41,549 nt of DNA from a virus (IMGVR_UViG_3300037463_000028:1-41549), one strand, 5' to 3'; positions 1-8,398 are shown, counted from the stretch's first letter. Notes: generated by a model not told the origin, from the letters alone. Numbers and translations are program-made.

Positions 1-127
1 GGAGGCGGAGGCGCCACACGTTGCACTAGTGCGGTCTGCTCTGCTGCCTGCTGCTTAACCCTCCGCCTCGCGTTCGCGCTCATCCAGTTTCTTCAGCAGA
101 TCGTCAATGGCGAGCGCCTCGGCCTCG
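1..127. repeat. Terminal direct repeat, copy 1 (circular assembly overlap)
   Basis: 1-127 is identical to 41423-41549; the terS/terL junction reads across it; 127 is a common assembler k-mer. Confidence 0.95.
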
Positions 128-618
128 GCGTTGGTGGCGGCCAGGGAAACGGAAGCAGCAGCGCGCAGGAAGGCGGGGAGCTGACCGAGGCTGATCGGCT
201 CGTCTTTGGCCTCCGTGAGCTTCTGGTTCACCTTGGTCATCAGCCCGATCGCGGCCTCGGTGGCAGCCGCGGCGAGCCGGCGCTGCCGGTCCCGGAAGCT
301 GGTGAGGTTGGTGACGTGCTCGCTTTCGCGCTTCTCCCGATCCAGGCGGTCCAGGTGGGCATCGTAGGCTTCGGCGCGCGCTTTCCACTCGTTGCGCGCG
401 TACATCTGGTTCCACTGACCGGACGGCTGCCGTGCCTCTTTCCTGCCTGTTTCCTGCCTATATGCCTCGTAGAGCGAGCGCTGCGGCCCCATGTCCCGGA
501 AACGGGTAAACGCCGCCCAGGCGAGAGAGGTCTCGTCGGGACGGCGTTCCCACGGGAGCGGCGCAGGGGAATCGTCGAAAGGATCGGTTTCAGCCGACGG
601 CGAGCTGGGTGCGCTCAT
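55..618 (-). CDS. terS: Terminase small subunit
   Basis: WERRPDETSLAWAAFTRFRDMGPQRSL...W..RAEAYD pattern; lies immediately upstream of terL on the circle. Confidence 0.8.
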   Translation of the reverse strand: MSAPSSPSAETDPFDDSPAPLPWERRPDETSLAWAAFTRFRDMGPQRSLYEAYRQETGRKEARQPSGQWNQMYARNEWKARAEAYDAHLDRLDREKRESEHVTNLTSFRDRQRRLAAAATEAAIGLMTKVNQKLTEAKDEPISLGQLPAFLRAAASVSLAATNAEAEALAIDDLLKKLDEREREAEG

Positions 619-1232
619 TTAGCAGGGTCTTTCGCGGTTCGCCCAGGCCGAGATCCTTGATCTCACGGTACGCTTCCTCGCGCTCGGCCTCGTCATCGAA
701 CAGCATGACCAGCGCAAAGCGTTCCTCCCCTTTCGCCTTGGGCTTATCCGGCTCCGGAGGGGTAGCGGCTCGGGCCAGGTCGCGCACCAATTCATCCAGG
801 TCCTGCGCGCTGTAGCCGGTGCCGACAAGCTTCTGGTCCGAATCGACGGCAAGTTCCGAGAGCAGCTCGGCCAGGCGGTTGTTGTCGTAGGTCGCTTTGT
901 CCGATGTCCGGTTATCGGCCAGAAGGATGCGGACAGCCTGCTCGTCGTTCACATCGACCCAGATGACGGGCAGTTCCGAATAGCCGATGGAGCGGGCCGC
1001 GAGGTACCGATGATTGCCGGCCAGGATGTGGGAGGTACCGATGATTGCCGGCCAGGATGTGGCAGGTGCTCTTCTGGACGATCAGCGCGCCGTAGAAGCC
1101 GTTGGCCTGGATGCTCTCCGCGACGGCGCCGATGTCACCCTGCCGGGCGTTGCGCGGGTGCGGCCGCAGCAGGGTGACGGGAACCATCTCGACCTGCTGC
1201 CCGTCCACGGGGGCGTTGATTACCTTCGGCAT
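590..1232 (-). pseudogene. ParB/Srx-like protein, frameshifted by a 31-bp tandem duplication
   Basis: LRPHPRNAR...ILAGNHRY in one frame and LLADNRTSD in another; removing one copy of 1001-1031/1032-1062 restores a 203-aa ORF. Confidence 0.85.
1001..1062. repeat. Exact 31-bp tandem duplication
   Basis: GAGGTACCGATGATTGCCGGCCAGGATGTGG x2. Confidence 0.97.
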
Positions 1233-1402
1233 GGGGGCGGCGACCTTCGGGCCAGGCGCCGACGGCGCAGCACGGGCGGCGGCATCGGCGGAGGAGGATC
1301 AGGGGGCGTGCCGGGCATAAGTTGCAGGGCGGCGCACGCGAATGATGACAAAAACGACAGGAGGCGCCGGGTCCACGCGGGCGTGTACGGCTGCACAGTC
1401 AC
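1220..1402 (-). CDS. Small Pro-rich hypothetical protein
   Basis: Overlaps neighbouring genes in operon fashion. Confidence 0.4.
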   Translation of the reverse strand: MTVQPYTPAWTRRLLSFLSSFACAALQLMPGTPPDPPPPMPPPVLRRRRLARRSPPPCRR

Positions 1403-1831
1403 CCTCCTTCAGGATCGAGCGCATCGGCGGCGGCGTCCAGTGGGGCGGGCAGCTCCTGCTCTGCACTGAGGATGAACATGCTCCAAGGCCGTGCCGAGAT
1501 TCGGACCCGGTAGGTGTGGCCTGGGCGCAGCGCGTTATAGGCGGCCGGGTCGCACAGGTACTCGTCGCCGCGGTCGCTGACCACGTTGAAGCGCGGCACG
1601 TAGATGGTCACCTTCCCGCACAGGACGCAGGACGGGAGAGGCGATCTGGTAGCGGCGCGCGATGTGGAGCGTGCTCAACTGAGCATGACGGTCGGCGCGC
1701 GCAACGACCACCGGCAGCCAGACCACGCCCACGAAGATGCAGATGAGTGCGATGACTACGAGCAGTTCGGTGAACGTGAAGCCACGGCGGAAGTCGCCGT
1801 TCTTCGGGCGGGGGTGCGCTTTGCTGCGCAT
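1399..1831 (-). pseudogene. Prepilin-type (class III signal peptide) protein, frameshifted by a 7-bp duplication
   Basis: RRG|FTFTELLVVIALI motif; removing one CAGGACG (1621-1634) joins the two ORFs into 141 aa (SPVLCGKVTIYVPRF). Confidence 0.75.
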
Positions 1832-1902
1832 GGCGGGAGCCGCCTTTCCAGACACGCTCGCGTGTCATCAGGCGCGCAGGGAGAATGCGCGCGTCTTTTC
1901 GG

Positions 1903-2586
1903 TCAGTGGGAGGCCGGTGAGACACCAGGCCAAAATTCGCCCAGGCCGATCATGCCGGACCCCTTGGTTCTTCCGTCCGGCTGTTCGGCCTGGAGCAGGG
2001 CCTCGCGGAGCAGCTTGACCGCTCGTTCCTCGGCCGCGACGGCGCGGTCAAGCGACCGTTGTGCGGCGGGGGAACCGGCCAGCGCTTCGAGCCTGCGCTC
2101 CGCCTGGCGACGGGCGTCATACCGCTTGGTGAGGTTAGCGGCGGCTTGTAACGCGAGGTCCTGCTTCGGGAACATCGCAGCGTGCGCCGGGTCGGCGACG
2201 TGGATGCGGATTTGCAAACGGTCGGGGCGGTCCACCTACGCGGCCTGGGCGACGGCGTACTGCTCCGCGCGGCGCCGCTCGTCGTTCAGCAGCGGCGGAT
2301 AGCTCGGCGCGGCGCTGACCTGGACCAGCTCGCGGCCATCAGCCGAGCGCGCGACGGCGCCGCCGCCGTGGAGACGCTGGGCGAGCGCGATGGCATTGGC
2401 CAGGCGTTCGACCGGGTTGCGGCCCGGCAGCCCGAGCGAGGTGCCGACCGGCAACGCATCCGAAGCAATGCCAGCGGAACAGGTGAAGCGGCCCACCGTG
2501 CGGGGCATCCGGCTCAGGCCGGCGCGGTGGGGCTTGCGGGTGTAGGGGTTGTCGGCGAGGACGGCAGACGTGCGGGCTGCGGACAT
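1903..2586 (-). pseudogene. Hypothetical protein interrupted by an in-frame TAG
   Basis: ATG 2586 has an AGGAG RBS; TAG at 2238-2236 is followed directly in frame by a 110-codon ORF. Confidence 0.55.
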
Positions 2587-2639
2587 GCGGACTCCTGTGC
2601 TCTCCAGTGCTCTACAGATGACAGATGACAGACAGCGGC

Positions 2640-2733
2640 GAACCGAAACACCGAAACGAAGAGTGCCCCCCGTCACAGCGGCAGGGAGACGCGCGCACGA
2701 GGGCGCGGGCATTCCTGACGGGACGGGGGGCAC
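2640..2733 (-). terminator. Long-loop hairpin with U-rich tail in the late leader (candidate attenuator)
   Basis: 12-bp perfect inverted repeat 2663-2674/2722-2733, followed on the minus strand by TCTTCGTTTCGGTGTTT. Confidence 0.45.
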
Positions 2734-2974
2734 CGGGATTAGCCTTCGTTCACCGGGGCGCTGGATAGCGCGGTTCCGGTTCGTGGCCAGGGCCTCAGAT
2801 GATAGCTGATTAAGGAGGGGTGCTGGGCGCGCGGGCGGCGGCGAGTTCGCGGAGGCTTCAGGGGGTGAAGCGCGATGTCATCGCGTTGTCATCGGGGCCG
2901 ACGAGAGCAGCAGTTTTCAGTATCTATCATACGGAAACTGTGTACGGCCGTTACATCCGGTTTTTTACTGATTT

Positions 2975-3028
2975 TGCCCGGTATTCGGATATCCGATGTC
3001 CGGTTATCGACTATTCGGACACCGGACA
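2975..3028. repeat. Heptad-built palindromic element
   Basis: tgcccgg tattcgg atatccg atgtccg gttatcg...acaccgg aca. Confidence 0.8.
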
Positions 3029-3062
3029 AGCCGGAAGGTTGCGCGCGTGAGCGCTCGCGCGA

Positions 3063-3107
3063 ACTACTACACTACTACACTACAGCCCTGTCACAAGCCC
3101 TGTCACA
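3063..3107. repeat. Adjacent short tandem repeats at the recombinase 3' end
   Basis: (ACTACTAC) x2.6 followed by (AGCCCTGTCACA) x2. Confidence 0.85.
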
Positions 3108-4113
3108 ATCCGGCTTGTTTGGCGGCATTGTCGCGGAAGAGTTCGCCGTCTCTAATGTAGCGCCTCAACATAGTCACGCTCTTATGTCTGGTTGTCGCCA
3201 TTATCACCCGTTCCGGCACGCCGCTGGCCGCAGCGCTGGTGGCCAGGCCCGCGCGCAGGCTGTGCCCGGCGTAGCGCAGCGGGTCCAGGCCGACCCGCTG
3301 CACATGGCTCTTGACGGTTCCGGCGACGGCCTTGCCGGAGAGACGCATCTCACGGATGTTGCCGTGCCGGTCGATGGGACGGAACACCGGGCCGCGCTTG
3401 ATGCCCGATACCTGAAGCCATTCCTGGTAGGCCAGTACCGGGCACGTCTGGGGGTTCTGGCCGGCCGCGATGCCAATCTTGTGCCCCTCGCCCTCCTGGT
3501 CCGTCTTCGAGCGCCGGATCGTCAGGATCAGGCCCTCGCGGGTCTGCTGCACGTCGGCGACATCCAGGCCCACCAGCTCCGACCGGCGCAGGCCGCCCGC
3601 CCAGCCGATCAGCAGCAGCGCGCGGTCCCTGACGCCCCACAGGACCGTTTGCGGCAGTGCCTCGACGATGGCCTTCAGATCATCGAGCAGTAGCGGGGCT
3701 TTGGCGTCCGGTGCGGAGCCTTTCATCCGCCGGATGCCGGTCATCACCTCGCGCACGGCGTCTGACCGGGTGGGCGGCTCGTGCCGGTCCTGCCGGTGGA
3801 TCTGGGCGATGGCGACCAGGTGCCGTTGCAGCGTCGCGGGGGCGAGCGTGTCCGCATGGGCGCCCAGGTACTGCCTCACGGTTTCAGGAGACGCGGGCAG
3901 GGCGGCCTGGCCGTTGGCCTCACACCAGGCGGCGAAGCGGCCCCAGGCCGTCGCGTAGGAGCGGCGCGTCGCGTCCGAGCGGGCGGAGCGGGCCAGCGAC
4001 TCGGCCACGGCCGCGAGCTGCTCAGGCGTGGCAGCGGGCGCGGGCGGCGCGGGCGGATTGGCTGCCGCGCCGCCGGTCACGACCCGGAACCGGGGCGGCT
4101 TAGGGTCTGACAT
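3103..4113 (-). CDS. Cre-like tyrosine recombinase
   Basis: RDRALLL..GGLRRSEL, SKTDQ, GHSLRAG, RH..Y catalytic set; N-terminal core-binding domain. Confidence 0.92.
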   Translation of the reverse strand: MSDPKPPRFRVVTGGAAANPPAPPAPAATPEQLAAVAESLARSARSDATRRSYATAWGRFAAWCEANGQAALPASPETVRQYLGAHADTLAPATLQRHLVAIAQIHRQDRHEPPTRSDAVREVMTGIRRMKGSAPDAKAPLLLDDLKAIVEALPQTVLWGVRDRALLLIGWAGGLRRSELVGLDVADVQQTREGLILTIRRSKTDQEGEGHKIGIAAGQNPQTCPVLAYQEWLQVSGIKRGPVFRPIDRHGNIREMRLSGKAVAGTVKSHVQRVGLDPLRYAGHSLRAGLATSAAASGVPERVIMATTRHKSVTMLRRYIRDGELFRDNAAKQAGL

Positions 4114-4135
4114 CCGCTTTCAGATTTCTGAGGTC

Positions 4136-4154
4136 CGAGAATGACACGTTCTCG
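4136..4154. promoter_or_regulatory. Candidate recombinase (lox/res-like) or autoregulatory site
   Basis: CGAGAA-N7-TTCTCG inverted repeat just upstream of the recombinase start. Confidence 0.35.
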
Positions 4155-4206
4155 CCCCCTAGAACGGACGCCAGGCAATTAGGTCTGCTCGGTGTCCAAT
4201 CAGGAA

Positions 4207-4689
4207 TCAAGTATCGTCCTCAATCGGAAATTCGCCGACGGGAGGCAGTGCGGCCCCGCGCACTGAGCGGTAGCCGTCCATCATGCACTGTTCCATCCGA
4301 ACGTGAAGGGTCCGTATCTCTTTGATCTGATCTTCACGCCCCGGCTCGGCTTTACGCTCTAAGAAGCTGGCAAACATTTCCAGGCCATACATGGCCTCTT
4401 CGATCTCGCCATCTGTCAGGCTGATGAGATGTGGTCGCTCGGGACGCGTCGGATTAGTGTCTGCTAACTCGGCGCGCTCGATCAACTCAGTTTCCCTGCG
4501 TACCGCCGTTGCCAGGGCATCGAAGTAGTCTGCCAAGTCGGGACTCCCATGTGCTCCTGCTTCCGCGAAGGTCCGTTCGCGGCTGGCGGCGTGGGTGAGC
4601 GCAGTGATGCACTCTTGGAGCACCTCCTTCCCGCGCTTCGAATCCATCCGGGTGTTCAATTCATTTTTCAACCCACTCTGGTCGGTCAT
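4207..4689 (-). CDS. Hypothetical protein
   Basis: ATGA overlap with the upstream gene; GGAG RBS. Confidence 0.7.
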   Translation of the reverse strand: MTDQSGLKNELNTRMDSKRGKEVLQECITALTHAASRERTFAEAGAHGSPDLADYFDALATAVRRETELIERAELADTNPTRPERPHLISLTDGEIEEAMYGLEMFASFLERKAEPGREDQIKEIRTLHVRMEQCMMDGYRSVRGAALPPVGEFPIEDDT

Positions 4690-5453
4690 TGCTCCTCCTG
4701 TTCTGTCCCTGTTCTCACAACGCTGTCTGTATTCGCGGCGGGCTGCGCTACCTTCAGCCTGCGTCGTCGCTGTTGCCGCAGCGTTTCCTTTTCCTCGGCC
4801 TTGCGCCGGGCCTCGGCGATGCAGTTCTGCACCATCCGGTGCGACCAGGCCGGGGAAGCGCCGCCGCGCGCCGGCTTGACGTAGCGCCCCACGGCCGCCG
4901 GGTCACAGGCCAGCAGCTCCGCGGCCTGGTCACGGGTGAGCAGCTTGTCTTCGACGATAGGCCGCTCTTCCGGGGCGGGCAGCAGCCGGGACGCGGCGAT
5001 CTGCTCGATCAGCACGCCGCCGAAGCGCTGGGCGACTATTTCTGCGATCTGCCCGATGACCGCTATGCCGGCCTCGTCCGGTAACCGGATATCGAACATC
5101 CCGTTTTTGGGAGGGGGCGGAACGGCCGGAGGCAGCAGCGGGGGCAGTTCACCGTCCTGGCCGGGGGCGTCGGGGTTCTTCAGGCCGACCGCGAGCATCT
5201 TGGGCTTGACGCCGGCGCGGTACTTTCCGGCCATCCAGTGGAAAAGGGGCATCGACGAGGCCGGGTACTTCGGGTGCGTGTCCTTGCCGCCCAGCCACTC
5301 GCGGATCTCGTCTTCGGCGAGGAAGCGGTTCACGACGCCGCGCTCCAAGCCGGTCTCGCTGCACACGTCCACGATGCCGATCATGCCGTCCGTGTGGCCG
5401 TCGGCGCCGGTCCCGTTGGCACTGGGCGCGTCGTCGATGGTGGTCTCAGACAA
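4686..5453 (-). CDS. Putative DNA-binding protein with two HTH-like motifs
   Basis: IVDVCSETGLERGVVNRF and LLTRDQAAELLACDPAAVGRY; overlaps the rep stop. Confidence 0.65.
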   Translation of the reverse strand: MSETTIDDAPSANGTGADGHTDGMIGIVDVCSETGLERGVVNRFLAEDEIREWLGGKDTHPKYPASSMPLFHWMAGKYRAGVKPKMLAVGLKNPDAPGQDGELPPLLPPAVPPPPKNGMFDIRLPDEAGIAVIGQIAEIVAQRFGGVLIEQIAASRLLPAPEERPIVEDKLLTRDQAAELLACDPAAVGRYVKPARGGASPAWSHRMVQNCIAEARRKAEEKETLRQQRRRRLKVAQPAANTDSVVRTGTEQEEQ

Positions 5454-6450
5454 GGGGAGCCTCCTTGGTATCGATCACCAGGCGCACGCTGACCGCGTGC
5501 CCGAGCTGCGCGGCCAGCACGTCGCAGATCGTCTGTCCGTGGCGCTTGTCGATCCAGTCGCGGGTGAAGGTGTTTGGGGCTGCCAGCGTCAGGTGCGCGC
5601 CGGCGTCGGTCTCGTCCAGGGAGACGGGCCGCAGGGCGCGGATGTGTGTCTCGAACGTGGGCTTATTGAGGCACTCGGCCAGGGCGGGCAGGGCGGAGCG
5701 CCACAGGAACACCAGCGGGTCATCGACGGCCGTGGCGAAGTGGTCCGCTCCGGGGCTGCTGACTCCGGGTGGTCCGGATTCTTCATCCCCTGGGGGATCG
5801 CTATGCGAGGGGGATGGGTCCGGTGCCGTGCTCTCCTGAGTATTCTTTTGAGTAATCTCAGAAGTAGTCTCTGATATATCCTGCGGGAATCCCGCTTCCA
5901 AACTTTCGGCTTTCCCGCGTGCTATCTTGCGGAAATCCCGCACGCTAACATGCTGGAATCCCGCATGTTGGTGAGCGGGTTTCCCATCATGTGGGATTTC
6001 CGCATGTTCATCTTGCGGGATTCCAGCATGTTTGGCTGCGACGTACTCCCGCAGCAGCGCGATGAGGCGCTGCTTGTCCAGGCGGAACCAGAGCTTCATC
6101 GGGACGCCGCGCTTGTCTTCTTCGAGCAGGCCGAGCTGGCGCAGCCGCTTGCGGGCGGTCTCCTGCTCCGGACGCGATAGGCCGGTCTCGTCGCCGATCT
6201 CCGCGATAGTCTTCCAGAACCAGCCGTCGCGCGCCTCTACGGACGGCTGGTTGGTCCAGTACCAGAACTGAGACAGCAGCAGGCCCGCGGTGGTGCTGCC
6301 GACGGCGAGGGCGAGATCCACGCGGAAGGCGACGACGCGGCCGCCGCCGAGCAGATCCATAACGGGATCGATGGGAGGGGAGGCAGGAGCAGACGAGGGA
6401 GCCGGGGGTGCGTTGACACCTGCCCCGTCCCTGCGGTACGATTGTGGCAC
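5446..6450 (-). CDS. Replication initiator 1: phage O-like wHTH plus C-terminal DnaA domain-I-like module
   Basis: GWFWKTIAEIGDETGLSRPEQETARKRL; C-terminal W...LNKPTFETHIR...APNTFTRDWI. Confidence 0.85.
   Translation of the reverse strand: MPQSYRRDGAGVNAPPAPSSAPASPPIDPVMDLLGGGRVVAFRVDLALAVGSTTAGLLLSQFWYWTNQPSVEARDGWFWKTIAEIGDETGLSRPEQETARKRLRQLGLLEEDKRGVPMKLWFRLDKQRLIALLREYVAAKHAGIPQDEHAEIPHDGKPAHQHAGFQHVSVRDFRKIARGKAESLEAGFPQDISETTSEITQKNTQESTAPDPSPSHSDPPGDEESGPPGVSSPGADHFATAVDDPLVFLWRSALPALAECLNKPTFETHIRALRPVSLDETDAGAHLTLAAPNTFTRDWIDKRHGQTICDVLAAQLGHAVSVRLVIDTKEAPLV
5837..6028. repeat. Origin 1: seven palindromic iterons plus an AT-rich patch
   Basis: TGCGGGAATCCCGCA-like units start at 5882, 5905, 5928, 5951, 5974, 5990 and 6014; AT-rich 5837-5881. 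Confidence 0.8.
6413..6442 (+). promoter_or_regulatory. Antisense sigma70-type promoter
   Basis: TTGACA-18-TACGAT. Confidence 0.6.
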
Positions 6451-6571
6451 GGATTGACCTCTCTCGGTTTAGTCGCCTTGCGGTCAGTCCTCCAAGCGTA
6501 GCGTTAGCGCGCAAACGCTCAGAGACCCGTCACTCACAACTGCCCGGAAGTGAGTGACGGGTTTCGCTTTA
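6449..6571 (+). ncRNA. Putative countertranscript (copy-control) RNA
   Basis: Lies between promoter 6413-6442 and terminator 6522-6570; antisense to the rep1 leader. Confidence 0.55.
6522..6570 (+). terminator. Intrinsic terminator / leader hairpin
   Basis: 16-bp stem 6522-6537/6550-6565, 12-nt loop, then GCTTTA. Confidence 0.7.
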
Positions 6572-6587
6572 TATGGCTGTTGCGGGG

Positions 6588-6616
6588 ATGATAACAGCCA
6601 GCGGGCGGGCTGTCAA
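6588..6616 (-). promoter_or_regulatory. rep1 promoter
   Basis: TTGACA-17-TATCAT with extended TG. Confidence 0.7.
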
Positions 6617-6619
6617 GGG

Positions 6620-6672
6620 TGTTCGAATATCCGGTATCCGGTGTTCGGATATGCGCTATTCGGATACCGAAC
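6620..6672. repeat. Heptad-built palindromic element
   Basis: tgttcgaa tatccgg tatccgg tgttcgg atatgcg ctattcgg ataccga ac. Confidence 0.8.
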
Positions 6673-6688
6673 GCAGTTAAGTGGCTGC

Positions 6689-7450
6689 CTAGTTCTGACT
6701 CTCCAGGCCGTAGCGATATCTTGCTACCTTCTCGACTTCAGGCATGACGCAATCGGATAGTGTCCTTTGGGTCGAAATCCTGAATACAGCGCCTGGGTAG
6801 CGATTGTACAGCCAGTGGCGAACAAATCTGCCGTGACCGTCCGAAGTTGTATAGTACAGGTCATCAACATTCTCGGTTTCAGGCCACGGGATATAGCGGT
6901 TCGTTTCCTTGTCTGGCAACCCTAGCACTTTTATTATCTGGTCCGTGGTCATTTCGGAGCGCACAGGGACCTTAATAACCGAGATCGGGATGCGGATAGT
7001 GTTTGCTCCAGCAGCTACGGTCAGAACAACCTTGCCAGGTGTTCGAATATTGAAGACCCCGTAGCCGCCGTAGTGGTCTTTAGGAAAGTCAATAATTTTC
7101 GGATTGCTCGATGACAACTTAACGGTGTATGTCTGGCTTCCCGCCTTGAAGTATTTGTTGTCAATGGCCAAGCGACCGTTGACCTCTACCACGAACTGGC
7201 CACTGGGCGTGCCGCCGCCGATTATGTACCGAGTAGTCGGGCCGTAGTGAAAGGTAACTTCTGTTTCATCTACTTTCAACACGACGGGCGATTTCACTGT
7301 GGCAAGAAGCGCGTCGAAGTCAGCCGGTACTGATGGGGTTGGCTGAGGCGTCGAGGCGGCTTTTCGCGCTGGTGGTGCCCCTGCGCCTTGGCAGAAGTTG
7401 GTCATCCCGAAAGTAGTGATGGTAGCGATGGCCAAGCACCATAACAGCAT
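6689..7450 (-). CDS. Secreted/envelope accessory protein, lower GC
   Basis: Signal-peptide-like N-terminus, beta-rich body, MTTDQIIKVLGLPD motif; AGGAGG RBS. Confidence 0.75.
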   Translation of the reverse strand: MLLWCLAIATITTFGMTNFCQGAGAPPARKAASTPQPTPSVPADFDALLATVKSPVVLKVDETEVTFHYGPTTRYIIGGGTPSGQFVVEVNGRLAIDNKYFKAGSQTYTVKLSSSNPKIIDFPKDHYGGYGVFNIRTPGKVVLTVAAGANTIRIPISVIKVPVRSEMTTDQIIKVLGLPDKETNRYIPWPETENVDDLYYTTSDGHGRFVRHWLYNRYPGAVFRISTQRTLSDCVMPEVEKVARYRYGLESQN

Positions 7451-7496
7451 CTAGTTGACCTCCTTTCGCCGCAACGGCTCCATCCAGGGCAGCACG

Positions 7497-8237
7497 TTAG
7501 TTGGGGCGCTCGCCACCAGTGAGCCTGCGAACTGCTCGGCGCCGTGGCGTTGCTTCGAGCTTGTACCATACGACGCCGACCACTGTGAAGCGATCACTGG
7601 AGATTTTGGCCTCGCCGTTTGTAGGCATAAGGTAGCTTTCTCCGTCTGACTTTATCCGAATCACCTTACAGGTGATGTGGCGGAAGTCAATGAGAGCAAT
7701 CACGGTATCCCCGTCAAGAACTGTCTCGGCGGGACGGATCATAACGACATCCCCGTTTTTGTAAAACGGTTCCATGCAATTCCCACAGATGCGAATAGTT
7801 CTTGGCGTCACGTCAAATAGTTTCTCGCCCTCATCAGTGGCTTCCGTGAGGCGCTCGATGCCAGCGCATACGTCAATGGTGTTGTGAAAAGCATCCCCGA
7901 ATAGCTCCTGCGGGATTTCAGCCCCCACCATCAACAGCGGATCTCCGACTCCCCCCGATATCCCCGCCATCCTTGCCGTCGGATCAACCGCCAGCGGCTC
8001 TAGCCCCATCGCTTCACGTAGGGGGTTGAGTGGCACGCGGTATCCCGTCGCAAAAAGGAGGAGGGTGTTTGCCGACACTTTTTCTCCGTTCAGTAGTGCC
8101 GCGGCGGTCGAATGACTCAGCTTAGTGCGTCGCGCGACGACGCGAGTAGCAGCACCGCCCGCTATCTCCCTGACCAATTTAGCCAGGTTTGGATAGGGGC
8201 CGCTGGTCTCGTCGCCGGCTGTTCGGAGGTTTGGCAT
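7497..8237 (-). CDS. CI/LexA-like repressor (HTH + S24 domain)
   Basis: HTH, Ala-Gly site (VCAG), GNCMEP, TCK; start uncertain (8237 or 8312). Confidence 0.85.
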   Translation of the reverse strand: MPNLRTAGDETSGPYPNLAKLVREIAGGAATRVVARRTKLSHSTAAALLNGEKVSANTLLLFATGYRVPLNPLREAMGLEPLAVDPTARMAGISGGVGDPLLMVGAEIPQELFGDAFHNTIDVCAGIERLTEATDEGEKLFDVTPRTIRICGNCMEPFYKNGDVVMIRPAETVLDGDTVIALIDFRHITCKVIRIKSDGESYLMPTNGEAKISSDRFTVVGVVWYKLEATPRRRAVRRLTGGERPN

Positions 8238-8339
8238 CGCGCAGAATGGCCCGAAAAAGAGGCTCGCTCCGGGTTGATTCCATTCTGAAGTAGCCAGGTG
8301 CGCCGTGTCCATGAGTTTTACGAATCCCGTAAACTTTCT

Positions 8340-8398
8340 GTAAAAGTATTGACAGGGCGGGCAGAAGCCTCCCATAATCAACGTGTAAAAACTTTGAC
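8340..8398 (+). promoter_or_regulatory. Rightward early promoter with two operator-like sites
   Basis: TTGACA (8349)-18-CATAAT (8373); GTAAA-N4-TTGAC at 8340-8353 and 8385-8398. Confidence 0.65.

Noticed and set aside
1-127. Biological terminal repeat
   Set aside because: It lies inside the terS/terL genes and its length equals a common k-mer, so an assembly overlap is more likely
1001-1062. CRISPR array
   Set aside because: Two adjacent copies with no spacer; no cas genes
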